25,326 nt of DNA. Source: Candidatus Multivoradales bacterium (GTDB lineage Bacteria > Acidobacteriota > Thermoanaerobaculia > Multivoradales > JAHEKO01). The position numbers and the translations under genes are program-made. Shown piece after piece: positions 1 to 8,333 of the stretch. The notes below the pieces were generated by a model. The model did not search any database. It was not told the DNA's origin and saw nothing but the letters and a program-made list of their open reading frames with translations. Location of the stretch: the NCBI GenBank assembly GCA_965223155.1, contig CBDCVR010000007.1:1-25326 (forward strand), written 5' to 3'. The stretch's first letter is position 1. Each line of letters starts with the position of its first letter.

Positions 1-2
1 TC

Positions 3-194
3 GAGGACGAAGAGCTCATCCGCCACTCGTCCGAGAACGCCCCCGTGGCTGCCGGAACGGAGCCAAGCGACGCCGGTGAGTACCGGGCGCCCGAGCTCGA
101 GAAGTTCACCGACATGGAAGAGCTCCTCGCCCTCGATCCCCCCACGCCGGGCGCTCTCGACAACTTGATGCGACAGCCGCTTGGCGACGACTAA
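3..194 (+). CDS. C-terminal part of a probable PqqD-family protein (5' end outside window)
   Basis: Frame from base 3 reads EDEELIR...GEYRAPELEKFTDMEELLALDPPTPGALDNLMRQPLGDD* (TAA 192-194). The YxxPxL..DM..LL.LDP tail resembles PqqD-family proteins found next to HPr-kinase-like genes. The PqqD domain itself is not in the window. Confidence 0.6.
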   Translation, partial: EDEELIRHSSENAPVAAGTEPSDAGEYRAPELEKFTDMEELLALDPPTPGALDNLMRQPLGDD

Positions 195-1226
195 TCGAAC
201 CGATCCGGTCGCGGCGAGCTTCGAGGAAGCCGCGCGCCGGTTCGCGCTTGCCACCGAGGCGGAGCCGCCGACCGCCGCCGACTACGACCTCGCCGGACAG
301 CACGTGGCGGTGCGAACGGTGGGCCACGAGCTGGGGACGGGAGCTCGCCCAACCCCTCGGCCACCTGACCGCCCACCGCACGAAGACACCCGCGCTCGAG
401 ATCGACCTCTGGCTCGGCTCAGAAACCGGAATCGACTGGCCGGAGCTCGCTGACGAGCTCGACCCCGCCGACCGGTTCCCGCTGCGCACCTCGGCCGACG
501 ATCGTTTCGTCGTGCACCGCCAGATCGAGACGGCCGTCTGGCTGGACCGCCAGGAAGGCGCATGGTGGGCGCCGTTCGCGATCTCGCTGGTAGATCTCTC
601 TATGAGCGCGGCCGGCCCCTGAAAACGCCGCTCACGGTCTGGATGCGCGACCGGAACGTTCAGGTCGCCCACGCCGCTTGCGTCGCCCTCGAAGGCCGCG
701 GAGCCCTCCTCCTGGGAGCTAGCGGCTCTGGCAAATCAACCCTGGCCGCTCGCTGCCTGGCGGCGGGCTTCGAGTTTCTGAGCGACGACAAGGTCGCTCT
801 TACCGGCGACGCCGCGACCGGATTCACCGGGCACAGCCTCAACAACTCCCTCCATCTCTCGGCCGATTCGATCGACCTGGTGCCCGAGCTGGCGGCCAGC
901 GCCGTAGCCCCGGCCACGAAGCTGGACGACAAGTTTCGGGTCCCACTCGCAGAGGGGCCGGTGGGCACCCCTGCTTCGCGCCCGCGCCGCCATCACCGTC
1001 CTGGTGCTGCCCCGGCTCGAGGCCGCGCCTGCAACTGGACGGGGCAAGCCCGCGCGAGGCTCTGCTCGCCCTCTCGCTCAGTACCCTGCTCTCGCTTCCG
1101 GTTCGGCGAGCGACCAGCCTCGACCGGCTGGCCGAAGCCGTCCGAGCCCTGCCGGCGCTTCATCTCGACGCCCGGGACGACGCCGCGCCCGAGCGGCTGC
1201 GCGAGATTCTGCGCAGCGGCGTCTAG
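181..1226 (+). pseudogene. HPr kinase/phosphorylase-like P-loop kinase, multiply frameshifted in this sequence
   Basis: Pieces from ORFs 181..453, 248..622, 562..1347 and later frames join into one protein with HAACV, Walker A GASGSGKST and FLSDD motifs. C-terminus ...ERLREILRSGV* (TAG 1224-1226). Shifts near 335, 560, 970, 1045 and 1170. Confidence 0.7.
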
Positions 1227-1255
1227 ACCCGAACCGCCCTCCGATCGGACGGCGC

Positions 1256-2318
1256 TCAGGAGCCCGGCCCGCGCCCTAGGAGCCGGTTGCCGATCCGCCG
1301 GGCCGGGAAGGTCACCGCCGTCCACGGATAGCGCGCGGCGATCTTGACCGCCGACCCCCACCACGGCCATCGCGAGAGGCCTTCGAGCCGGGCTGCGCGC
1401 AGGCCGCGGCGCACGAAAAAGTAGCGCCGATGCGGCCGGCGCCCGAGATCCTCCACGAGCCCCGAGAACCAGGGCCTGCGAGGCGGCAGCCAGCCGGCCC
1501 ATTCCGTCTCCTCCAGAAGACGAAAGAACTCCGGGGTGAAATCGTCCGGGCACTTGGGCATCCAGGGTTTCTCGACCCCGGCGAAATGGGCGACAGACGG
1601 CCTGGCAAGCGCCGCCTCGAACTCGTCGGCATCGAAGCAGGTCGAGCGGTGCGAGGGGATCTCCTGAACGTGGGTCATGCGATTCCAGACCAGAGGCAAT
1701 GGCGTCCAGCGCCCGGCCAGTGCGCAGTTGAGTCCCTGCTGGTCGGGCGACCAGAACTGCCGGCGGTAGCGAACCGCGAAGTCGATCGCCCGCCCGCAGA
1801 CGTCCTCGGCGCGCCAGCGGTCTAGTGGAATCAACATGAGCCCCCGAGTTGAAGACCGGCAGCGGCCGCGAAGCGTCGATCTCGGGAGGCACGAAGTGGT
1901 GGTGCAGATGATGCACCATCGTGTCCTGCACCGCCGCCACCAAACCGTCCGCAAAGTCCATCGACCACAGCGGCTCGAGGTCGGCCAGAACGATCATGTC
2001 CGCGTCCAGGAACAGGACCTTCGCCAGATCCCCTGGCAGCAAGCGATCCAGGACCAGGGGGACACAACTCGCCAGCGGAAATGAGTACTCGGCCAGGCCA
2101 GGGCGGCCAGCCGCTCACGGTTCAGCCGATGCCAGACCACGGCGACGCCGTCGCCACGCCAGGAGCGCGTCAGCCGTTCCCGGGTCCCCGGTCTCGAGTC
2201 CGGCGTCGATGGCATGAAACTCGAGCGGCCGCTTCGGGCCCCGATGCTCGATCACCGAAACGCCGAGCGCCGCCAAACCGATGGCGAAGCGCTCGTCGGC
2301 GCCCGCGACCACCACCAT
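1256..2318 (-). pseudogene. Glycosyltransferase family 8 domain, frameshifted in this sequence
   Basis: GT8 motifs spread across frames: VVVAGADERF (2115..2318), VLFLDADMIV and FNSG (993..2042), DQQGLN, WN and HFAGVEKPW (1256..1954). Confidence 0.8.
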
Positions 2319-2322
2319 CGGC

Positions 2323-3291
2323 TCATTCGAGGAGCCGCTCGTCTCGCCGGTCCACGTCTCGAGCCAGTGCCCGAGGTCGCGGCCGGTGATCGCCCTCGAC
2401 CCGGCGAACGTCGTCCGCGAACCGATCGTTGAGCCGGCGCCGGGTTTCCGTGCGCATCGTAGGCGGCTTGACCCAATTGAGCCGTCGGTTGACTGCCATC
2501 GCCGCCTCCCAGAGACGGCGCGACGACCCTCCGGGCAGCAACCTCTTGAGCGCCGAGCGCGTCGGACTGGGAGTGGTCAGCCAGTTCTCGGCCGCGGGCA
2601 GCCGGGTGATGCGGGCCCGATTGTGGCGCTCGCCCACGTCCACTTCGAAATCGTCCCGAACCCCGAGGAATCGAAAGAGCTCGACCAGAAACGACGCCGG
2701 ATCTCGCGCGAGGTCTTCGAAGAAGAGAACCTTGAGGCGTGCGGGCTCGAACAGGCGCAGATACCGCTCGAGCTGCTTCGCGTACAGCCCCTTCTGAACG
2801 TAGTGATACTGCTGACCCCAGTTCTCGGCAATCCGCCGCGGCTCGGCCGTCAAAGCCTCTTCGAAGCTCAAGGTCTCCTTGCCGCCTCTCAAGTTCATCA
2901 GATAGGCCGAGTAGGCGCGATCCGCCGGCTGGCGCAAGATCGCCACCAGCAGAGCCTCGCTGGCGTATCGCGCGATCTTCTCGGCCGCCCATTCGTCGTA
3001 CAGGTACAACGTCGTCGCTTCACCGGCGACCTTCTCGTCGGTGCGTCCGGCGAAAAGCGCTCGGTACTGCTCGAAAGTGCGGATACCGTCCGGGCGCCTC
3101 GTGGCTTCCAGCGGTCCCCCCCATCGCTCCCGTCCATCCACGAGGGCGAAAAACGCCGGCTCCTTGCGGGGCGACATATACACCTCAGGGTGCTGGCGCA
3201 GGTAATGGTACACCGAGGTCGTGCCCGCTTTCATGGCACCCAGAATCAAGAAGTCGGGCATCGCCCCGGAGCCGCTCCGCACGGTGAGCAT
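2323..3291 (-). CDS. PAPS-dependent sulfotransferase (probably continues into the GT8 domain)
   Basis: 5'-PSB motif PDFLILGAMKAGTTS, KEPAFF, GEATTLY and 3'-PB motif ILRQPADRAYSAY. The C-terminus appears shifted at about 2394. Confidence 0.88.
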   Translation of the reverse strand: MLTVRSGSGAMPDFLILGAMKAGTTSVYHYLRQHPEVYMSPRKEPAFFALVDGRERWGGPLEATRRPDGIRTFEQYRALFAGRTDEKVAGEATTLYLYDEWAAEKIARYASEALLVAILRQPADRAYSAYLMNLRGGKETLSFEEALTAEPRRIAENWGQQYHYVQKGLYAKQLERYLRLFEPARLKVLFFEDLARDPASFLVELFRFLGVRDDFEVDVGERHNRARITRLPAAENWLTTPSPTRSALKRLLPGGSSRRLWEAAMAVNRRLNWVKPPTMRTETRRRLNDRFADDVRRVEGDHRPRPRALARDVDRRDERLLE

Positions 3292-3355
3292 AATACTCCG
3301 CAGGCTCCGGCGCCTCGGCCCTTGCTATCCTGGCCTCGGGAGGACACCGCATTCG

Positions 3356-4076
3356 ATGCGAAATCTAGGTCTGGTCGGTCTGGCTCTTCTTCTCGCTCTG
3401 TCTTCGTTCGCCCCGGCGGCCGAGGCGGCGCGGATCCCCGATTGCCTCGACAATCCCGGCGTACCCGATCGGCTGGGTTTCACGCACCGAGTACCGATTC
3501 GCATTGGCGGCACATTCTGGTACTTCGCGGATCCGGGACTCCAGCTCTCCTCGACGCCGGACAACGTCGGCCAGCCGCAGGACATCCCCGGTCACTGCTG
3601 GTCGGTCTCGGCCCCCGCTGGGCCGGTATCCACGCTTCTTCGGGCACCACTACAACACCGGTCCGCTGGGAGCCGGGGCGCCCGGCCGGTTCTGGTCCAG
3701 CAATGCCCCGGATCACTCCCTGCTCTTTCTGGTCGACATCATCATCTCGCGCTGGACGCCCAAGCTCGCCCTCGAGCGCTTCAATGACGGCTACGTCCAC
3801 TACCACGAGCTGGTGCGCGAGGGCGACGGCTGCGTCCATCCCCGACTCGTGGCCTGGTTCAAGCACACGGCCATCGAGAGCTTCTCGTTCGACGGCGGGC
3901 CGCCGCCGGTGCTTCCGGACGGCACCTTCTTCCGGCCCCGCAACGTCCCGTTCAAAGTCAGGCCCGGCATCGCCCACGGCTTCATGGTCAACTACGACGT
4001 GCCCTACAAGCCGCAGCAGCAGCGCATCGGCCGCGAAGCGTTTCCGGTCGAAGTCTGCAAGCTGAGCCGCCAGTAG
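3356..4076 (+). CDS. Secreted hypothetical protein, one apparent frameshift near 3612
   Basis: ATG 3356 with GGAGG upstream and signal peptide MRNLGLVGLALLLALSSFAPAAEA. DIPGHCW in one frame continues as HHYNTGP...GYVHYHELV...WFKHTA...DGGP in ORF 3504..4076. The shift lies at a CCCCC run. Confidence 0.65.
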
Positions 4077-4099
4077 GGAATTCGGGAATTCGGTGACAG
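4077..4099 (+). repeat. Left half of REP-like motif (IS1111 target) with GGGAATTC duplication
   Basis: GGGAATTCGGGAATTCGGTGACAG rejoins with GATACATATTTC (5462-5473) when the IS is removed. Confidence 0.75.
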
Positions 4100-4189
4100 A
4101 TGAGATGAGTCGGTCGGTCTCCAGCTGGGACACTGTGCCAGTTGGAGATAACCAAGAATCGGCATCAGAGCCGAGAAAGGAGACCGACC

Positions 4190-5203
4190 ATGGAGTATCT
4201 TGGCATCGATGTTCACTCGAAGTACAGCGAGGTGTGTGGCGTATCAGAAGACGGTGAGGTGACGGTTCGCCGGCGGGTTCCGACGACCGAGACGGGCCTG
4301 CGAAGGTTCTTCGCCAATCGGGAACGCTCGCAGGTGACGCTCGAGAGCGGTCCGGTCACACCCTGGGTCTATCGACTGCTGTCTGAGCTCGGCCATGAGG
4401 TGATGGTGGTCAATCCACGCCGGGTACGTCTGATCGCGGAATCGACCCTGAAGACGGACGGAATCGACGCCGAGATCCTGGCTCGTTTGAGCCGGTTGGA
4501 TCTGGGTTTGCTTCGACCAGTCTACCAGCGCACAGGTGAGGCCCAAGAGCTTCGGACGCGTCTTCGGGTCCGAACGAGTCTGGTGAAGACCAGGACCTCG
4601 CTGATCAACTCCGTACGCGGAACGCTGCGGGCACAGGGCTACCGAGTGCCCTCATGTCCGGCGAAGAGCTTCGTGGCTCGGTACGCGTCGATGTCGGTCG
4701 AAGCCGGCCTGTTGGGAGCGCTCGAACCTCTGGTAACGACAATCGGCGAGCTGACCGATCGGATCCACCATCTCGAAGACGACCTCATCTCCGAGTCGAG
4801 ATCAAACGAGCTGGTCCGTCGGCTGCAGACGGTTCCTGGTGTGGGGCCTCTGGTGAGCCTTGCGTTCGTCGGCTGGATGGATCGTCCGGATCGGTTCGAG
4901 AAAAGCCGCGACGTCGGAGCGTGTCTGGGCTTGAGACCGTCGCTTCGCAGCTCAGGAGGGCATGAGGTCAGGGGCCGGATCACTCGCGAGGGCGACTCGG
5001 AGATGCGCAGACTCTTGGTGCAGGCAGCTCATGCGGCGTTGAACTGTCGCAAAGAGTCGTCACTCAAGAGATGGGCTGAGGGCCTGGTCGAGAGGCTGGG
5101 TAAGGGCAAGGCCGTGGTCGCGCTAGCTAGGAAGATCGCGGTGTTGCTCCACAGGCTGTGGGTGACAGGTGAGAGCTTCCGAGCCTTTCCCAAGGCAGCG
5201 TAG
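4190..5203 (+). CDS. IS110/IS1111-family DEDD transposase (RNA-guided recombinase), 337 aa
   Basis: RBS AAGGAG then ATG 4190. YLGIDVH, LESG and KTDGID (DEDD), VVNP, TVPGVG, GLRP..RSSGG (catalytic Ser region) and ALARK. Confidence 0.96.
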   Translation: MEYLGIDVHSKYSEVCGVSEDGEVTVRRRVPTTETGLRRFFANRERSQVTLESGPVTPWVYRLLSELGHEVMVVNPRRVRLIAESTLKTDGIDAEILARLSRLDLGLLRPVYQRTGEAQELRTRLRVRTSLVKTRTSLINSVRGTLRAQGYRVPSCPAKSFVARYASMSVEAGLLGALEPLVTTIGELTDRIHHLEDDLISESRSNELVRRLQTVPGVGPLVSLAFVGWMDRPDRFEKSRDVGACLGLRPSLRSSGGHEVRGRITREGDSEMRRLLVQAAHAALNCRKESSLKRWAEGLVERLGKGKAVVALARKIAVLLHRLWVTGESFRAFPKAA

Positions 5204-5235
5204 AAGAGATAACTAGACGACCAACAAGCAAGGAC

Positions 5236-5395
5236 GGATTGAGAGGTTCGATGACTCCGAAAGTATCCTTGGTGGCCCCGACACCGTGTGACAGATGGGA
5301 GCATCGATTCCTAAACGGACGCAAAACTCACCATGCACCGGTTCAAAGAAGAACCCTACAGAGTGCGAATAGAAGCTCGTCCCAAGCCTCGATCC
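5236..5395 (+). ncRNA. Predicted bridge/seek RNA of the IS1111 element
   Basis: Closing stem GGATTGAG/CTCGATCC. Loop 1 is closed by TCGATG-CTCC/GGAG-CATCGA and carries the target matches. Loop 2 is closed by GGACG/CGTCC and carries the donor match. Transcript ends unknown. Confidence 0.8.
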
Positions 5396-5461
5396 AAACC
5401 TAAGGAAAACTACAAAAAGAAGAAACGAAACTCTTGACGCCAACCGACCGACTCATAGAAG

Positions 5462-5580
5462 GATACATATTTCGGGACTGTCCCTCTGCGGCCGGACCCT
5501 TCCCTTGAAACGAGTATCCTGTCACCGAATCCGAATTCACCGAATCCGAATTCTGTCACCGAATCCGACACCGAATCCGG
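5462..5580. repeat. REP/REPIN-like repeat cluster with an empty IS target
   Basis: GGGACTGTCCC near-palindrome (5474-5484), full inverted motif GAAACGAGTATCCTGTCACCG (5507-5527), and four clustered copies of CACCGAATCCG. Confidence 0.8.
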
Positions 5581-5606
5581 ATTTAGTGAGATGATGGCCG
5601 GGCAGC

Positions 5607-7619
5607 GTGCACATCAAGCGTCGATTCAGGGGCGCCGCCGTTACGGCGGCCATCTGGACCGCGGTGGTGACCCCGGACCCCGCGGCGGCCCAGCCGGCGG
5701 TCGTCCGTGTCACGGTCACCCAGGTCACGGCCCTTGACTGCCTCGATCCGGCGGGTCTGTCGTGCGCCGGCGCCGACTTCTACGCCAAGCTGAGCGTCGA
5801 CGGCGAGACGGTCCAGACACCGCACATCGATGATGCGACCTCGATCTCGCCGAACTGGACGCTGGAGCGGTCCGTGGCCCGCAATCCGGTGCCCGTCCGG
5901 ATCGAGATCTGGGAGTCCGATAGCTGGTTCCGGGACGGCGACGACCCGGTGGATCTCAAGTCTGCCCCGGGCCGGAGCCTCAATCTCTCGGTCGACACCC
6001 AGGCCGGCAGAATCTCGGGCAACCTCACCGGCAGAACCAACACGGCCCTGACGTCGGCCGGAACCGAGTCCGGCCGGGCCCGAATCACCTTCCGCATCGA
6101 CGTCGTGACGCGTCCCAAGCTGGGAGAGCTCGCGATCACCGTGGAGCGCTTGACCACCCTCGAGACGGTGGACGACGGCGTCACCGGACGCCAAGGCCGG
6201 GCCGACTACTACGTCCGGGCAGCCATCGACGGCATCGTCACCAGCAACCGCGACGACCCGACCACCTCCGTCTACTGCGACCACGACGAGCTGGCTCCGT
6301 ACTGGACCTTCAAGCGAATCGTTAATCTGAACCGTCGCTCGATTCCGTTCGCCCTCGAGCTAATGGATGCCGACAACAACGCCGACGACCGGGTCGACAT
6401 CCAGCCCGGCCTAGGCCGGGTCCTGCACATGACGGTGACGCCGAGCACCTGCCGGATCCAAGGCGACGTCACCGGCCGTTGTGCCGGTCCGTTTGACGCC
6501 AGGGGGCGGATCGTGGCCTCCGGCGAACAGGACGACCGCGCACGCATCCAGGTCCGCGTCGAGCTGCGCCGGCCGCCGCCCTTCGCATTGCGCTGCCTAC
6601 ACTCGCCACTCTGGCCGCGTCCCGGACAAACGGTCTCGATCCGGGCCGAGGCCCTCGACAGCCAGCTCGACCCGGTGGTCGCGGACGGCATTCAAATCGG
6701 CGTCGCGGGCACCGGCAGGATCCACTCCTGCGACAACGCTGGGGCCTGCACTCTCAACGTCATGATGCCGGCGGGCGCGACACGGTTTGACTACATCTGC
6801 CAGGCGCAGCGCTTCCGCAGGACGGTCACGACCGGCCTACGCCAGGTAGCCGTCGGGGCCAGGCCCGGCGAGCGAGCCGTCCCGATCTTGAGACATCAAC
6901 CCTCAGCCAAGGCCCTCGACCTCGTGTTCCTGGCCGATCTCGACACCTTCTCGACCGCGTCCGAGACCGCCTATCTCGGCGCGGTCGAATTCTTGATCCG
7001 CTCCGGTCTCTTTCGGAATCCTCCGTTGGTCCTCAACCAACAACGTCTCAACCTGTGGATCGCCAAGGACCTGGCCGATGCCAACGGTTTCGTGCCGGGA
7101 AGCACGGTGCGCTGCAGCCAGCCGCCGTCGAACTGGACCACCGCTTACGGCTTCGCGGACTCGGGCATCGTCGTGCACCAAGAAGCGATTCGGGACTGCG
7201 CCGACTTCGCCACGGTCGGGCCTCAGGGCCAGATCTTGCGCCCGATGGTGAGCACTCCGGCCAACTCTCCCGGCGTTCTGCTACACGAGCTGGGGCACAT
7301 GCCCTTCGGCCTGGCCGACGAATACTGCTGTGACGGCGGCTACTTTCAAACCGGATTCGCCCCTAACGTCTACGCCTCGGCCAACGCGACCCAGTCGAGC
7401 GCGGCCTGCCGGGCCGATCCTCTTGCTGCTCTCCTGGGCGCCTGCGGCGCCTTCACCGAAAACCGCCCACCGAGCCGGCGGCGGGTGTTTCGCCTCGATC
7501 ACCCTCCAGGAAGCCGGTTCGACTTCCGTGACGTCTCGAACGACCTGATGGTGGACGACGGCACCCTCCGGCCCGCCGACGTTCGACGATTTCAACACGT
7601 GTTCCGAAGCCTTCCGTGA
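5607..7619 (+). CDS. Secreted multidomain zinc metallopeptidase (M64-like C-terminal domain)
   Basis: Probable signal peptide, two repeated beta-rich (C2-like) modules with AD(F/Y)Y...P.WT...D..DD.VD, then DLVFLAD and VLLHELGHMPFGLADEY (HExxH...GLxDEY). Confidence 0.8.
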   Translation: MHIKRRFRGAAVTAAIWTAVVTPDPAAAQPAVVRVTVTQVTALDCLDPAGLSCAGADFYAKLSVDGETVQTPHIDDATSISPNWTLERSVARNPVPVRIEIWESDSWFRDGDDPVDLKSAPGRSLNLSVDTQAGRISGNLTGRTNTALTSAGTESGRARITFRIDVVTRPKLGELAITVERLTTLETVDDGVTGRQGRADYYVRAAIDGIVTSNRDDPTTSVYCDHDELAPYWTFKRIVNLNRRSIPFALELMDADNNADDRVDIQPGLGRVLHMTVTPSTCRIQGDVTGRCAGPFDARGRIVASGEQDDRARIQVRVELRRPPPFALRCLHSPLWPRPGQTVSIRAEALDSQLDPVVADGIQIGVAGTGRIHSCDNAGACTLNVMMPAGATRFDYICQAQRFRRTVTTGLRQVAVGARPGERAVPILRHQPSAKALDLVFLADLDTFSTASETAYLGAVEFLIRSGLFRNPPLVLNQQRLNLWIAKDLADANGFVPGSTVRCSQPPSNWTTAYGFADSGIVVHQEAIRDCADFATVGPQGQILRPMVSTPANSPGVLLHELGHMPFGLADEYCCDGGYFQTGFAPNVYASANATQSSAACRADPLAALLGACGAFTENRPPSRRRVFRLDHPPGSRFDFRDVSNDLMVDDGTLRPADVRRFQHVFRSLP

Positions 7620-8269
7620 CGACTCGCATGCTCGACTACATCAGCCTTTCGAAGCTGCCCGATCCAACCGGGCTTCTCGGCACGTTCGTGCTGGCTGTCG
7701 CCGTCGCGCTGGCCGGCTGTGCCGTCGAGGAATCGGCCGAGCTGGGAACCGCCGCGACCCGGACCGAGCTCGTCCAACCGACGGTAGCGATCGAAGCGGT
7801 CGAGACCGCCCCGGCGGTGCCTCCGGCCGCAACCGTCGAAGCCGACCCTCCCGACGCCAAGGTCATCGCCGTGGACTTGACCGCCAGCGGCACCGGCGAC
7901 GACTTCGACGTCGAGCTGTCAAACGTTCGCATCCTCCCTGGGGTCGCGCCCAACACCGTCGGCAATCCCCCGCTTCTCGACATCGAGCTCCGGGATTCCG
8001 AGGGCGAGAGCCTGTCGCGCTTCTTCGCGTGGGATCCACGCTGGACCTTCGTCTGGGACGCCGACCACCGCGGGGAAGAGCTCGTAGTCCGGCAAGAAGC
8101 GACGGTGCCGGTACTCTTCCCGTTTCGGCCCGACCTCGCCGAGATGCTCGTCTTCACGGAACAGCAGGGACGCCGGCACCTCGCCTCGATCGACCTCGCA
8201 CCCACGATCCTCGATTTCTGCGCGGTCAATCCGGGAGATCCGGACTGCGCCGCGGTACGCGTGCCCTAG
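7616..8269 (+). CDS. Putative lipoprotein, partner of the peptidase
   Basis: GTGA overlap with the upstream stop, hydrophobic stretch and lipobox LAGC, Pro/Ala-rich linker, terminal Cys pair. Confidence 0.7.
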   Translation: MTTRMLDYISLSKLPDPTGLLGTFVLAVAVALAGCAVEESAELGTAATRTELVQPTVAIEAVETAPAVPPAATVEADPPDAKVIAVDLTASGTGDDFDVELSNVRILPGVAPNTVGNPPLLDIELRDSEGESLSRFFAWDPRWTFVWDADHRGEELVVRQEATVPVLFPFRPDLAEMLVFTEQQGRRHLASIDLAPTILDFCAVNPGDPDCAAVRVP

Positions 8270-8333
8270 GAATCCGCCCCTAGCCAGGCAGTCTGGCGGT
8301 CGAAACGGGGAAGATGCCGTCCACCGAATCCCC

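Larger units (their letters stand above)
4098..5461 (+). mobile_element. IS1111-type insertion sequence (IS110 superfamily), copy 1, intact
   Basis: Perfect 14-bp sub-terminal inverted repeats ATGAGTCGGTCGGT (4105-4118) and ACCGACCGACTCAT (5443-5456). AG core at both ends (4098-4099, 5460-5461), giving the 7-nt/3-nt end offsets typical of IS1111. Long 3' non-coding region. TTGACG -35-like hexamer at 5434-5439. Confidence 0.93.

Noticed and set aside
2281-4065. 594-aa plus-strand ORF
   Set aside because: Antisense shadow of the sulfotransferase plus an off-frame overlap of the next gene. Expected in GC-rich DNA.
5507-5580. Possible CRISPR array from repeated CACCGAATCCG
   Set aside because: Units are ~11 bp with only a few bases between them. 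There are no unique 25-45-bp spacers and no cas genes.
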